DNA of 50,374 nucleotides, from assembly GCA_004376645.1 (NCBI GenBank), contig SOJC01000077.1, forward strand, positions 1 through 50,374, in the 5' to 3' direction. The stretch's first letter is position 1; the number at the start of each line of letters is the position of its first letter. The notes under the pieces are model-generated. The model was not told the DNA's origin, did no database searches, and was given only the letters and a program-made list of their open reading frames with translations. The position numbers and the translations under genes were made by a program. Below are positions 29,421 to 40,296 of this stretch, one piece after another. This stretch comes from Candidatus Bathyarchaeota archaeon (GTDB lineage: Archaea; Thermoproteota; Bathyarchaeia; Bathyarchaeales; SOJC01).

Positions 29421-30149
29421 TTGTCAATATTTGCGGCTCCAGGAGCTTACGATCGAGCTATAACCGTGTTCTCCCCAGATGGTCGCCTGTTTCAAGTAGA
29501 ATATGCTCTCGAAACAGTAAATCGAGGGGCAACAATAGTCGGAGTAGTCTGCCCTGAAGGTGTAGTTCTGGGGGCAGAGGAGAAGATCGAATCGAAATTA
29601 CAAGACTCAAGCTTTACATGGAAGATATTCGCAGTAGACACACACATTGGTGCGGCAGTCGTAGGTTTAGGTTCTGACGCACGTATTCTAATCGACCAAG
29701 CAAGAGTATACTGCCAAAGCAACAGACTAATGTATGATGAACCCATAGACATCGAAGCAATCTCCAAGCGAATAGGCGATATCAAACAACTCTACACACA
29801 ACATGCCGGTGTACGACCTTTCGGGGTTTCGGTTATATTTGGCGGTGTGGACAAAACAGGTAATCGGCTATTTTCCACAGATCCAAGCGGAACATACAGA
29901 GCATATAAAGCAATCGCCGTAGGCGTAGGAAGAGAGACAGTAGAGAGTATACTGAAGACTGAGTACCGCGAAGACCTGAGCCTACAGGAGGCCGTGAAGC
30001 TCGCCATCAAGAGCCTCAAGAAGACTCTTGAAGCTCGAGAAGAACAACTGCGAGTCAAAATTAGCACTGTACCTTCATCTACAAAAACTTATCAGATGAT
30101 GCAAAACGAAGAAGTAGAGAAGCACCTCAAGACCATAGAACAAGAGTGA
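29421..30149 (+). CDS. psmA: Proteasome alpha subunit
   Basis: YDRAITVFSPDGRLFQVEYA, RPFGVS; TTG 29421 after GAGGTGA. Confidence 0.97.
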   Translation: MSIFAAPGAYDRAITVFSPDGRLFQVEYALETVNRGATIVGVVCPEGVVLGAEEKIESKLQDSSFTWKIFAVDTHIGAAVVGLGSDARILIDQARVYCQSNRLMYDEPIDIEAISKRIGDIKQLYTQHAGVRPFGVSVIFGGVDKTGNRLFSTDPSGTYRAYKAIAVGVGRETVESILKTEYREDLSLQEAVKLAIKSLKKTLEAREEQLRVKISTVPSSTKTYQMMQNEEVEKHLKTIEQE

Positions 30150-30158
30150 CCACCAAAA

Positions 30159-30848
30159 ATGAGCGATCGATACACTGTTGCGCGTATAACCCGCAATGGT
30201 GAACACTTCGAAATTCTTGTAAAACCGCAACCTGCCCTGAGCTATACCATGGGGAAGGAAACGCTGATCTCCGAAATCTTGGTAACAGATACAATATTTA
30301 CAGACGCAAACAAAGGAACAAAAGCTGGAGAAGATAAGCTCAAAGCTGCCTTTGAAACAACAGACACCAGAAAGATCGCGGAAATTATACTGAAACGAGG
30401 AACATTGCAATTGACCACGAATCAAAGGCGACAGTTGACCGCTGAGAAGAGGAAACAGATCATAACCTTCATAGCCCGGCAAGCCGTTGATCCAAAGACG
30501 AACCTGCCACATCCACCCATCCGCATTGAGCAAGCGATGGGAGAAATCAGGTATTCCATAGACCCCTTCAAAGAAACTGAAGAGCAGGCAAAGGACATTA
30601 TCAAACTCTTGCGTCCCGCTCTTCCCCTCAAGGTGGAACAAATCCAAGTGGAAGTGCGAATACCTCCACAGTATGCAGCGAGAACTTATGGAACTGTGAA
30701 AAATTATGGAACAATCAAAAGGGAAGAATGGCATGCAGATGGCTCATGGTTCTCCGTAGTCGAGATGGCAGCAGGCTTATATGGACCTTTCTTGGATAAG
30801 CTCGGAGAACTGACAAAAGGAAATGCAGAAGCAAAGAAAAAGTTGTAA
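30159..30848 (+). CDS. Ribosome maturation factor SBDS/Sdo1
   Basis: GEHFEILV, PHPPIRIE, IDPFK; canonical position after psmA. Confidence 0.95.
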   Translation: MSDRYTVARITRNGEHFEILVKPQPALSYTMGKETLISEILVTDTIFTDANKGTKAGEDKLKAAFETTDTRKIAEIILKRGTLQLTTNQRRQLTAEKRKQIITFIARQAVDPKTNLPHPPIRIEQAMGEIRYSIDPFKETEEQAKDIIKLLRPALPLKVEQIQVEVRIPPQYAARTYGTVKNYGTIKREEWHADGSWFSVVEMAAGLYGPFLDKLGELTKGNAEAKKKL

Positions 30849-30882
30849 AGAAATCAAAACATAAAATTTGGTGATTCGGAAA

Positions 30883-31587
30883 ATGCCAACGTTCTTTGAA
30901 AGAAAACAAATTGTGACTCCTGGTGACCTGATTGCCGAAGGAAACTATATTGCTGGGGAAAATACGTTCAAAAAAGACGGAAAACTGTACTCGACTCACA
31001 TCGGACTAGTTGAATACGAAGAACGCAAAGTAAGTGTCGTAGCTTTGAAAGGGTTCTACGTTCCAAGAGTTGGAGACACCATCATCGGGAAAGTAACAGA
31101 CATAACCATGGGAGGATGGATAATGGATATCAAAGCGCCATATGCAGCACTCCTCCGCGCATCAGATGTCGTTGAACGATCTTACAGACCGCAGAAAGAC
31201 GAACTATCATCAATCTTTGACATAGGAGACCTAGTTATAGCCAAAATTGTGTCCTATGATAGAACCCGTGACCCACTTCTCTCAATACGAGAGCCAGGAC
31301 TTGGAAAGATAACTCGTGGCCAAATCATCGAGATTACTCCAACGAAAATCCCGCGCGTCATAGGCAGAAAGGGCTCGATGATATCTATGATAAAACGTGA
31401 AACTGGATGTCATATTCTTCTGGGTCAGAATGGATTAGTACTCATCAGCGGAAAAAACCCAGAATATAACAGGTTAGCGATCATAGCCATCCGCAAGATA
31501 GAGAAGGAGTCACACACAAGCGGCTTAACAGACCGAGTGACAGAAATGTTGAAGAAAGAGAAGGAAAGTGAGATTAAGAATGACTAA
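30883..31587 (+). CDS. rrp4: Exosome RNA-binding subunit Rrp4
   Basis: VTPGD, S1 domain, KH motif [20 protein letters not shown]. Confidence 0.95.
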   Translation: MPTFFERKQIVTPGDLIAEGNYIAGENTFKKDGKLYSTHIGLVEYEERKVSVVALKGFYVPRVGDTIIGKVTDITMGGWIMDIKAPYAALLRASDVVERSYRPQKDELSSIFDIGDLVIAKIVSYDRTRDPLLSIREPGLGKITRGQIIEITPTKIPRVIGRKGSMISMIKRETGCHILLGQNGLVLISGKNPEYNRLAIIAIRKIEKESHTSGLTDRVTEMLKKEKESEIKND

Positions 31588-32314
31588 ATCAGATGAAAAG
31601 TTAATTGACAAAAATGGTCTTAGAATAGATGGAAGAAAACCAGACGAGTTAAGATCCATAAAAATTAAAGTAGGCGTCCTTAGCAATGCAGATGGTTCAG
31701 CCTATATAGAACAAGGGAAAAACAAGATATTAGCAGCCATTTATGGACCGCATGAAACACATCCTAAACATCTTGCGTTACCTGATCGGTCTCGGCTAAA
31801 ATGTAGATACCACATGGCGCCTTTCTCGGTTGATGAAAGAAAGTCGCCTGCTCCCTCTAGGAGGGAAATAGAGATCTCAAAAGTAATACGACATGCCCTG
31901 GAACCATCTATCTTTCTGGAGTACTACCCAAGAACGTCAATCGACCTTTACATAGAGGTACTCCAAGCTCATGGTGGCACGAGATGCGCAAGCATAACTG
32001 TTGCTTCATTGGCTCTCGCAGACGGAGGAATCCCAATGAGAGACCTAACCGTAGCTTGCGCCGCCGGAAAAGTGGATGGTCACATTGTGCTTGACCTAAC
32101 TGACAATGAAGACAAAAAAGGCCAAGCAGACGTACCTCTCGCTATCATGCCGAATCTCAACGCCATAACGCTCCTCCAAATGGATGGCCAATTGACAATC
32201 TCAGAATTTGAAGAGACCGTCGAATTTGCCCTCAAAGGCTGCAAACAGCTCTACGAGAAGCAAAGAGAAGCTTTAAAGGCAAAATACGTGACCGTGGAGG
32301 GAGAGGAAGAGTAG
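31580..32314 (+). CDS. rrp41: Exosome subunit Rrp41
   Basis: [35 protein letters not shown]. Confidence 0.96.
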   Translation: MTKSDEKLIDKNGLRIDGRKPDELRSIKIKVGVLSNADGSAYIEQGKNKILAAIYGPHETHPKHLALPDRSRLKCRYHMAPFSVDERKSPAPSRREIEISKVIRHALEPSIFLEYYPRTSIDLYIEVLQAHGGTRCASITVASLALADGGIPMRDLTVACAAGKVDGHIVLDLTDNEDKKGQADVPLAIMPNLNAITLLQMDGQLTISEFEETVEFALKGCKQLYEKQREALKAKYVTVEGEEE

Positions 32315-33105
32315 TGTCAATGGTTACCCGGATAAAGCAGAAACAGATAGCTCAACTAATTAACGACGGGAAAAGATTGGATGGAAGAGAATTTGACAAG
32401 CATCGTGAGATCAAACTAGAAATAGGCGTCATCGAAAAAGCTGAAGGATCAGCACGCGTCTTTTTAGGTGACACTGAAGTCTTGGTTGGGGTAAAAGTTG
32501 GAATTGGTAAACCTTTCCCCGATACTCCTAGCGAAGGAGTTCTAACAGTGAATGTTGAACTTGTTCCTCTGGCATCTCCAATGTTTGAACCAGGTCCACC
32601 AAATGAAGACGCCATCGAAATTGCAAGAGTCACAGATAGAGGCATTCGAGAAGCAAAGACTATAGATCTTGAGAAATTATGCCTTCAGCCAGGAAAGACC
32701 GTTCTTGTAGTTTTCATCGATGTGTATGTACTCAACCATAACGGCAACTTGATAGATGCCTCTGCCATTGCAGCTTTAGCAGCCCTTCTAAACACTAAAA
32801 CGTCGAAGTACGAAATTGAAGAAGGAGAAGTTAAGGTGAAACCCGGTTACAACCAATTGCCAATTCGAAACCATCCAATAGCAGTAACATTCGCAAAAAT
32901 AAATGATAAACTCATTGTCGATCCCTCGCTTGAGGAAGAAGAAGTCATGGACGCTAGATTGACAATTACGATTGAAAAAGAAGGAAAGATTTGTGCAATC
33001 CAGAAAGGAGGCACAGGCCAAATCACAAAAGAGCAGATTATGGAAGCAGTAAAGACCGCTGAAACAAAAAGCTCTGAGATTCGCAAGATGGTTGTGAAAG
33101 ACTAA
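32314..33105 (+). CDS. rrp42: Exosome subunit Rrp42
   Basis: RLDGR, KAEGSA, PFPDTP, EPGPP, GNLIDA, DPSLEEE, QKGG. Confidence 0.96.
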   Translation: MSMVTRIKQKQIAQLINDGKRLDGREFDKHREIKLEIGVIEKAEGSARVFLGDTEVLVGVKVGIGKPFPDTPSEGVLTVNVELVPLASPMFEPGPPNEDAIEIARVTDRGIREAKTIDLEKLCLQPGKTVLVVFIDVYVLNHNGNLIDASAIAALAALLNTKTSKYEIEEGEVKVKPGYNQLPIRNHPIAVTFAKINDKLIVDPSLEEEEVMDARLTITIEKEGKICAIQKGGTGQITKEQIMEAVKTAETKSSEIRKMVVKD

Positions 33106-33371
33106 TGGGAAGAACTAAGAAAATCGGACTAGCTGGGGGCTTTAAGGCACGATATGGAGCAACTGTTAGAAAAAGATTTGTAGAAGTCACAACAGAATCT
33201 AGAAGAAAGCACAGATGCCCCCAATGTAACCGACTCAGTATCAAACGCCAAAGCGTTGGAATCTGGAGCTGCAAGAAATGTGGCTTCACCTTCACTGGTG
33301 GAGCTTACAGCCCTTCAACCAAACTTGGGGTCACAGCAAAGCGAGCCGCAAAAAGATTGTCTGAAGAATAA
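33105..33371 (+). CDS. rpl37ae: 50S ribosomal protein L37Ae (eL43)
   Basis: RYGATVRK, CPQC...GIWSCKKC, GGAY. Confidence 0.96.
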   Translation: MGRTKKIGLAGGFKARYGATVRKRFVEVTTESRRKHRCPQCNRLSIKRQSVGIWSCKKCGFTFTGGAYSPSTKLGVTAKRAAKRLSEE

Positions 33372-33410
33372 TTTAGGGCACTTACAGAAAGGATGAGCAA
33401 CGATCGTTGC

Positions 33411-33656
33411 TCATTTGGTTCTTCTCTTCCTCTTAAGCAATTCCACACGTCGTTTACCCCTCGCCAGAGCAGAAACATTAATTATGCCCTCTATTTCCAG
33501 ACGCATTAGTTCTTTGTTCAAAACATTAAACCCTAGATCACTGTGGATTTCTTTAGCCATATTATACAACTCAGTGTCAGTGGTAGCTCCTTTGCGCTGC
33601 AATAATTCCACGACAACAGTTCGTAGAGGATAAGGCTTCCAAGTTTTACTGGTCAT
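33411..33656 (-). CDS. Small winged-helix protein downstream of cdc48
   Basis: VELLQRKGATTDTELY...LNKELMRLEIEGII wHTH pattern; 12 bp from the cdc48 stop. Confidence 0.7.
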   Translation of the reverse strand: MTSKTWKPYPLRTVVVELLQRKGATTDTELYNMAKEIHSDLGFNVLNKELMRLEIEGIINVSALARGKRRVELLKRKRRTK

Positions 33657-33668
33657 GTCAGCGCCCCT

Positions 33669-35855
33669 TTATGCTACGGGCGTGGTAGGCTTTTTCAACT
33701 GTCTCATAACTTTGACAAACCCTTTGTACCATGTTTCCATATCAGGCGAGATTGTTGGACCGATCATATTCGTTGCTTCTTTAAAGTCCACGAAGGATAC
33801 AATCTTGGAAGCTATGCTTTTTCTAAGCGCGTTCAAAGCAGCCTCACGGCATAATGCTTGAATGTCAGCGCCGCTGTAACCTTTTGTCATCTTTGTAAGG
33901 ACATCCAGACTAACATCGGTCTCAAGGGGCATATCTTTTGTGTAGAGTTTAAAGATTTCAAGCCTGGCTTTTTCGTCAGGTTCAGGCACATAAATTAACC
34001 TGTCGAAACGTCCAGGTCGCAGTACAGCTGGGTCAATAATGTCAGGTCTGTTTGTAGCCGCAATGATAACTACATCTTCCAAAGTCAATATCCCGTCCAT
34101 CTCTGTTAGCAACTGACTGATTACACGCTCAGTTACACCACTATCCCCAAGTCCCATTCCCCTCCTACGCACAAGAGCATCAAACTCGTCGAAGAAAACT
34201 ACAGAGGGAGAGGCCGTTCTCGCCTTCCGGAACACTTCTCTTATTGCTTTCTCTGATTCTCCAACCCACTTGCTGAAAACCTCAGGTCCCTTTATAGTGA
34301 TGAAGTTCGCTTCACTTTCCGTGGCCACCGCTCTGGCCAACAGTGTTTTCCCGCATCCAGGTGGACCATACAACAAGATTCCCTTAGGGGGCTTAATGCC
34401 TAGCCGACTGAAAACCTCAGGGTTCTTCAAGGGCCATTCAACAGCTTCAATTAACTCCTGTTTAACCTCTTCCAATCCGCCTATTTCATCCCACTTAACA
34501 GATGGAGTTTCTATGTAAACTTCGCGCATTGCGGTAGGTGTAACCTCCTTGTAGCCATTAAGGAAGTCTTCCATGCGCACATCCATCTTCTCTAAGACTG
34601 CTGGAGGGATGTTTTCCTCTTCCAGATTAATCTCTGGCAAGTATCGTCTCAACGACTTCATCGCCGTTTCTCTGGCTAGAGCTGCAAGATCAGCACCAGT
34701 GTAACCATGAGTTATAGCCGTTAATTTCTTTAGATCAACATCTTCTGCCAGAGGCATACCACGAGTGTGAATTTGTAGGATTTCGTACCTTGCTTGCTTG
34801 TCGGGAACACCTATCTCGATCTCTCTGTCAAAACGTCCCGGTCTTCTAATTGCAGGATCAAGGGCTCCAGGGCGGTTTGTCGCCCCTATGACAATTACAT
34901 TTCCTCTACCACTCAAGCCATCCATTAAGGCTAGGAGCTGGGCTACAACCCGTCTTTCCACTTCGCCAGTAACTTCTTCCCTTTTCGGAGCAATCGCGTC
35001 CAACTCGTCGATGAATATGATACTTGGAGAGTTTTGCTGTGCTTGCTGGAAGATTTCTCGCAATCTCGCTTCTGACTCACCATAAAACTTGCTCATTATT
35101 TCTGGACCATTGATTGAGAAGAAATTCGCTTCAGATTCATTGGCAACTGCTCTTGCAAGCAACGTCTTCCCACAACCTGGTGGGCCATGAAGAAAAACAC
35201 CTTTGGGTGGCTCAATCCCTAGACGTTGGAAAATTTCTGGATGTCTGAGGGGAAGCTCCACCATCTCTCTCACTCTTTGGATCTCCTCATGAAGACCACC
35301 TATGTCTTCGTAAGTGGTACGTGGAAGACCTTTCACTTCAGGAGCAGGTTCGTTGAGGATCTGAAATTGTGTATCTTTGGTGATGCGAACAATTCCGTGG
35401 GGACGACTCTTTGTGACGCTAAAAGGTATAGCATGACCAAGCATCATGACTAGCGTTGTGTCCCCCTCAACAAAGGTCCGCTCCACCAACCGATTCTTCA
35501 CAAAATTCGTGAAGTCCTCATCTACATTTAGATGCATATCAACAGGCGCCAAGACAACGTTTGTAGCGTTTTTCACAGTAGCAGATTTAACTACTATATA
35601 CTCATTTATGGCAACGCTTGCATTTTTACGAGTGAACCCATCTATACGTATTATGCTCTGATTTTGGTCTTCACTATACGCTGGCCATGTAATGGCACTC
35701 GTTGCCCGTTTACCAGTGATCTCTATAACATCACCGGCGCTTATGCCAAGTTTTCGCATCGCATTCTGATCCAACCGTGCTATACCTCGCCCTACATCCC
35801 TTTGTTTTGCATCACCAACACGAAGCTGAATCTCACTCACCTTTAATCCTTCCAT
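33669..35855 (-). CDS. cdc48: CDC48/VCP (VAT) AAA+ ATPase
   Basis: N-domain DVGRGIAR; two AAA modules, each with [10 protein letters not shown] Walker B and RPGRFD. Confidence 0.97.
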   Translation of the reverse strand: MEGLKVSEIQLRVGDAKQRDVGRGIARLDQNAMRKLGISAGDVIEITGKRATSAITWPAYSEDQNQSIIRIDGFTRKNASVAINEYIVVKSATVKNATNVVLAPVDMHLNVDEDFTNFVKNRLVERTFVEGDTTLVMMLGHAIPFSVTKSRPHGIVRITKDTQFQILNEPAPEVKGLPRTTYEDIGGLHEEIQRVREMVELPLRHPEIFQRLGIEPPKGVFLHGPPGCGKTLLARAVANESEANFFSINGPEIMSKFYGESEARLREIFQQAQQNSPSIIFIDELDAIAPKREEVTGEVERRVVAQLLALMDGLSGRGNVIVIGATNRPGALDPAIRRPGRFDREIEIGVPDKQARYEILQIHTRGMPLAEDVDLKKLTAITHGYTGADLAALARETAMKSLRRYLPEINLEEENIPPAVLEKMDVRMEDFLNGYKEVTPTAMREVYIETPSVKWDEIGGLEEVKQELIEAVEWPLKNPEVFSRLGIKPPKGILLYGPPGCGKTLLARAVATESEANFITIKGPEVFSKWVGESEKAIREVFRKARTASPSVVFFDEFDALVRRRGMGLGDSGVTERVISQLLTEMDGILTLEDVVIIAATNRPDIIDPAVLRPGRFDRLIYVPEPDEKARLEIFKLYTKDMPLETDVSLDVLTKMTKGYSGADIQALCREAALNALRKSIASKIVSFVDFKEATNMIGPTISPDMETWYKGFVKVMRQLKKPTTPVA

Positions 35856-35925
35856 TTTAGAACAGCTAACGTTGCATGCAGTCGAATTGAGATGAGTGAC
35901 TTATAAATCTTACAAACTGATAGTG

Positions 35926-36201
35926 CTACCGGGTTCTCCTAACCATTAATGTTTGGATCCTACTAACTTCTGGGATATTCTCAATATTTTGCTCTACACC
36001 ATCTAAGATACCTGTTTCGTCTTCTGGAATTTGAATATGGGCGATGAGCACATTTAAGCCAAAGGCGATGGGTTCAGTCTGAAAGTTTGCGTATATCTTA
36101 GCCTTTGACGGAAGGACTTCCTCAACTTGCTTTTGAAGCTCGTCAAAGTTCACTTCTATGCCTATCGGAAAGATCTTCAGGCTCAATATAACGTTCGCCA
36201 T
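35926..36201 (-). CDS. ef1b: Translation elongation factor 1-beta
   Basis: KIFP, EPIAFGL motif, 91 aa. Confidence 0.93.
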   Translation of the reverse strand: MANVILSLKIFPIGIEVNFDELQKQVEEVLPSKAKIYANFQTEPIAFGLNVLIAHIQIPEDETGILDGVEQNIENIPEVSRIQTLMVRRTR

Positions 36202-36204
36202 TTT

Positions 36205-36399
36205 TCAAGGCCCCATGAACCCGCATTTTGGGCATCTGTATTGACGACCAAATTGGCGGCATTTTTGACATCTCCAGATGGTTATCTCACCACAACTAGG
36301 GCAGTTAAATTTTGTAGCTTCTGTGCCCTGAGGTATTGTTCTATTGCAGCTTGAACAAATTGGTGTGTGTATCATGGTTACAGTGTTAGTTGTTTTCAT
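36205..36399 (-). CDS. Zn-ribbon RNA-binding protein (DUF1610/COG2888)
   Basis: CSSC, FNCPSCG, RCQKCR, YRCPKCGFMGP; upstream of ef1b. Confidence 0.92.
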   Translation of the reverse strand: MKTTNTVTMIHTPICSSCNRTIPQGTEATKFNCPSCGEITIWRCQKCRQFGRQYRCPKCGFMGP

Positions 36400-36583
36400 T
36401 TGACCTTTTTCCGTTCCTAACGCGAAGCTGTATATTGAAAGGTTGCTTATATTTGCTCTGTTAGACCTTGTTAGACCTTGTTGTTGGCTCTTCGCAAAAC
36501 TGCAATTGAGTACTCATTGTGTCCAGTTGACAACACTGGTGTCAAGAAAAATGCTCAAAGAAGGCATATCCAATAACGCAACA

Positions 36584-37339
36584 CTACCAGCGTCCTAAAA
36601 CTGACCTCAGAATTTTACGAGGAGAGAAACACACTAAGGTTGAGTAACGTAGGCGTCTTCCGAGCAGGCGGATTAGACCTGCAGCATCAGTTCCTAGTTT
36701 GCAGACAAGCAACTGTTCCAACATGCCTAATGAGGAAACTGCAGCTACATCACTCACAAATCTTGCCTTTCTTATTGCTTCAACAACTTCTTCATGCATA
36801 CTTCCTAGAACAATTAAACGATCAAGGCGGGAATCAATCCAATGGTGGTACAGTTTCATTTGCTCCTGTGTCAACTCTGCCTCAAACTCTGTGGCTTTAG
36901 CTGTGACTACTCGGATTTCTAGAGGGATACCATCAACTAGTCCGTACAACTCCATTATCTCATCTAAATCACACTCTTTGCCATCGACTAGTTGGCGTTG
37001 AAGGCGATTTATGGGGACACTTGCGTAAATAGGGTTTGGCGAGAAAACTCCTATATCAACAGTCAACTTACCCTTTCTCGAAAAGACTATTCTCCCCCTC
37101 CAAACAGAAAAACGTGTGACATAGTTAGCGGAGACAGGGGCCAGTCCTATCTCTCTTGCTAGAAGATTTATTGCGGCCTTTTCGTCTTCACCAATGACTT
37201 TGACTTTGATCCATCCATTTGTCACGTTGTGGCAATCGGAAAACCTAACTCTAAGTCCTCCACACATTCTCCCCAAAGCTTCTCTAAACCCTTCTAATGA
37301 ATTTCGGGAAACTTTCTGGAGTACTACAACCTCACTCAA
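36584..37339 (-). CDS. DUF2110 family protein
   Basis: GEDE..A, VDIG, LGMLE..LVCKLGTDAAGLI; position in the tfe cluster. Confidence 0.75.
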   Translation of the reverse strand: MSEVVVLQKVSRNSLEGFREALGRMCGGLRVRFSDCHNVTNGWIKVKVIGEDEKAAINLLAREIGLAPVSANYVTRFSVWRGRIVFSRKGKLTVDIGVFSPNPIYASVPINRLQRQLVDGKECDLDEIMELYGLVDGIPLEIRVVTAKATEFEAELTQEQMKLYHHWIDSRLDRLIVLGSMHEEVVEAIRKARFVSDVAAVSSLGMLEQLLVCKLGTDAAGLIRLLGRRLRYSTLVCFSPRKILRSVLGRW

Positions 37340-37354
37340 AAAAGTAACACCCTT

Positions 37355-37882
37355 CTACTCCAAGTAAGAATGGAACTCTTCATGCCACCTCATCAGACGT
37401 TCGATGGAAGCAGCTGGAATGTGACTGTCCCGAAGTAGGCGCTCGACTATTACCCTAATTGGTATAGTCGTTGAACCTACAACCATTTTATCTGCGTAGG
37501 CGACCAAGCGTTCTTCAATGGAGATGGGAATGTAGCTCTTCTTCGGAAATCCCAGCCGCTCAGCCTCTTCCTTCGAAATCCCACCACCAATGTGCCGTTC
37601 AATTATTGATAATACATGGAGAGGAAGACCATGTTCCTTAGCGATTCTGGCGCCCACGATGGCGTGATCAACATCATGGGTTCTTGCGCGTCCAATATCA
37701 TGTAAAAGTGCTCCAATCCGCACAAGATTGACATCGACTTCTAACCCCTTTCTTCTACAACCTTCAGCTATCTTTACTCCAAGGTGCGTAACAGTTTTGC
37801 AATGCTCAATCACACTCTTTGAACAGCCAACATCTTTTAGGAGCCGCAGTGCTGTCTCTTCAGACGGCAGGGATCTACTCAC
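37355..37882 (-). CDS. HD-domain phosphohydrolase (TIGR00295-like)
   Basis: EHC, LLHDIGR, HAIVG, ERHIGGG, YADK. Confidence 0.88.
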   Translation of the reverse strand: MSRSLPSEETALRLLKDVGCSKSVIEHCKTVTHLGVKIAEGCRRKGLEVDVNLVRIGALLHDIGRARTHDVDHAIVGARIAKEHGLPLHVLSIIERHIGGGISKEEAERLGFPKKSYIPISIEERLVAYADKMVVGSTTIPIRVIVERLLRDSHIPAASIERLMRWHEEFHSYLE

Positions 37883-38384
37883 CCAACTCCTTCCCTAGCT
37901 GATCAACCTTACGAGAAAGGGCTTCTATCACTTTGCTATTTTCAAAATGCATCATAGGCTTGTTGCACATTGGACACCTAAAGATTAGCTCCACCGCTTC
38001 CTCAAAGGGAACCCGTCGACACCCAAGAGTACCACAGTGGTAGAAGTCATGGTTCTTCTCAAACCGAAGTCGTGTGTCCAATTTCTCTAAAACATGCTTT
38101 TTTTGATTGAGAATGTATCCTTCAAGTTGATCTGGCTGAAGTTTCCAATGAAATATGAACCAGCCTGTATTTTGATCTCTGGATCTCCTTAAAGAGACGA
38201 GCGAATGATCATAAAGCTTATAGAGAATCTTACGAACTGAATTCAACCTAATTCCAGTTTTGGACGCAATCTGATCATCTGTAGTCTCATCAGCATCTTT
38301 AAGTGTGTAGATTATCTCGATTGCTTCCTCTTTTCCCAACGCTTCAGCCACCTTGACCAAGGTGTCAGCGTCAATGAAAGTCAA
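37875..38384 (-). CDS. tfe: Transcription factor E (TFIIE alpha)
   Basis: TDDQIA...VRKILYKL wHTH, GWFIFHW, Zn ribbon FRCPMC. Confidence 0.94.
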   Translation of the reverse strand: MTFIDADTLVKVAEALGKEEAIEIIYTLKDADETTDDQIASKTGIRLNSVRKILYKLYDHSLVSLRRSRDQNTGWFIFHWKLQPDQLEGYILNQKKHVLEKLDTRLRFEKNHDFYHCGTLGCRRVPFEEAVELIFRCPMCNKPMMHFENSKVIEALSRKVDQLGKELGE

Positions 38385-38472
38385 CGCAGAGAACCTCTAT
38401 CAACAATACATATACTTCTCATGTGAAGCACAAATCTCTTTATGGAGTCTATATTTAGCTTTTAAACTTTGC

Positions 38473-39021
38473 CTATGATAACAATCTCTTTCCACGTTTT
38501 TGCGGGACAATTCGCATTTTAGCATTTTCAAACCTCTTCACGAGTTCCCTGCCGCAGAAAAAACGATCGAGGAATACAGCAAGACTTGAACACTCGGAAT
38601 GAGGTTGATTTCCTACAGCCACATTGAAATCTGAGACTTTACTAGAGAAGAATTCACTTGGAACTTTCTGACTACCCACAATAACCATCACATCTTTGCC
38701 TGTTGCACGGATTCGTTGAAGGACTGTGCTTGTTTGCACATTCTCGCCGTAGGCAGTCAGATGCACAACAATACCATTCTTAGTCCTCCAGGTTCCTACG
38801 GCGGTTTTCCATGGAATACCCATTTGGAAGAAGAAGGGGCCACCCCAATTGGAAACAACTTCCGCTATCGTTTTCTTGATCTGTCTATCTTCGACATCTG
38901 CGAGGATCATCCCAGACGCATTGAAGGCTCTAGCTGTGAGGGCGACATGGGTTGTTAATCTCTCATCTCGGAGTCTATGACCCCATCTTAGCACTACTAT
39001 TTTTGGCAACCTTTGTCCCAC
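38473..39021 (-). CDS. trm56: tRNA (cytidine56-2'-O)-methyltransferase
   Basis: LRWGHR.RD.R.TTHVALTARA, VHLTAYG, VGSQKVP, NQPHSE. Confidence 0.94.
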   Translation of the reverse strand: MGQRLPKIVVLRWGHRLRDERLTTHVALTARAFNASGMILADVEDRQIKKTIAEVVSNWGGPFFFQMGIPWKTAVGTWRTKNGIVVHLTAYGENVQTSTVLQRIRATGKDVMVIVGSQKVPSEFFSSKVSDFNVAVGNQPHSECSSLAVFLDRFFCGRELVKRFENAKMRIVPQKRGKRLLS

Positions 39022-40296
39022 CTATGTCGAGGTTTCAGGTTCAGTTAAGACACCACCATAGTTTTCTACACGACCAAGAATTGTGCCTACAAAATCAGAA
39101 ACAGCTTCAAAAGTCAGCTTGACTCGATCTTCTTCATATTTCACTTTCTTCACGTGGGCATGGCTGAAGATCCATGAAACGAAGGAGAGAGTTTCGTCGT
39201 TAATCGGAAGAGTGATCGTTGCCTGGATTTGGCTCTTAAGAAGTTTTGAGAGTTGCTGTTTCAGAGTATCAATGTTAATGTTTTCAAGAGCTGAAATCGA
39301 AACAACATCAGAGGTGATACTGCTCATGGCTTCCATTCTTTGTCGAACTTCCAGTTCCGAGAGCAAATCGATCTTGTTAAGCGCAATTACTAGAGGTATT
39401 TCGTAGGCTCCTATCTTTTCGATTGTATCAAGGCAGACTGATAATTTCCTTTCAATGGTTTGAAGTGACTCATTTGCATCCACAATGAGGAGAATTAAAT
39501 CGGCGAAAGTTGTTTCCTCAAGCGTTGAGCGGAAAGCATCTACTAGGTCTACAGAAAGCCTTTCAATGAATCCGACAGTATCTGTTAGAAGAACTCGCTT
39601 TCCAGATAACTCAATAAGCCGCGTCGTTGTAGACAATGTTGTAAACAGTCCTTCGCCAGTTGGGACTGCCTCTTCGACAAGAAGGTTGAAGAGCGTACTT
39701 TTTCCAGCATATGTATATCCCGCCAACGCAATGGATAAAAACCCGAGTTCTTTTCTTCGCTTTCTATGTAGACTTCTCTTCTTCTTGATCTTTTTCAGCT
39801 TCTCTCTGATTGAGTTGATCTGTCTCTTCACTGCCTCATAGTAGATGTCTACTTCATACGCACCTAACCCCATAAAGCCTGGTTGCTCTCCCAGCCTTGC
39901 AAGGCGAACTTTCTCCTTAGCATGCGTTAATTCATAGCGGAGCCTAGCAAGTTGTATTTGAAGTTTAGCTTCAGTTGTTGATGCTCTGTGAGCAAAGACC
40001 TCGAGTATCAACTGAAACCTATCTATTGCCTCTACGCCAGTTTTTTTGGCGATATTATAAACTTGAACGGGTTTGAGTTTGTTGTCAAAGATTAGCTTTC
40101 TCACTTTGTGCTCTTTCACTAATTTCACGATTTCTTCAAGCTTGTCTCTCCCCACTGAAAATCGTGAATCTAACTTCCGCGATTGCTCCACTGCTGCGAC
40201 TATGGTGTAACCAGCTGCATCTGTCAGGCTTTCAAACTCTTTAAGATTCCTAAATTTCTTTCTCGGATGCTGCTGAACAATTATTGCATTTGTAAT
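39022..40296 (-). CDS. hflX: GTPase HflX, probable non-canonical ATT start
   Basis: IDRFQLILEVF, EAKLQ, GYTYAGKST, FTTL, DTVGF, NKID; the open frame extends upstream of the ORF-track GTG (40191) as ITNAIIVQQ...LKEFESLTDAAGYTIVAAVEQ. Confidence 0.9.
   Translation of the reverse strand: MTNAIIVQQHPRKKFRNLKEFESLTDAAGYTIVAAVEQSRKLDSRFSVGRDKLEEIVKLVKEHKVRKLIFDNKLKPVQVYNIAKKTGVEAIDRFQLILEVFAHRASTTEAKLQIQLARLRYELTHAKEKVRLARLGEQPGFMGLGAYEVDIYYEAVKRQINSIREKLKKIKKKRSLHRKRRKELGFLSIALAGYTYAGKSTLFNLLVEEAVPTGEGLFTTLSTTTRLIELSGKRVLLTDTVGFIERLSVDLVDAFRSTLEETTFADLILLIVDANESLQTIERKLSVCLDTIEKIGAYEIPLVIALNKIDLLSELEVRQRMEAMSSITSDVVSISALENINIDTLKQQLSKLLKSQIQATITLPINDETLSFVSWIFSHAHVKKVKYEEDRVKLTFEAVSDFVGTILGRVENYGGVLTEPETST

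Noticed and set aside
30075..30734. 219-aa antisense ORF
   Set aside because: Shadow of SBDS/psmA with no recognisable motifs.
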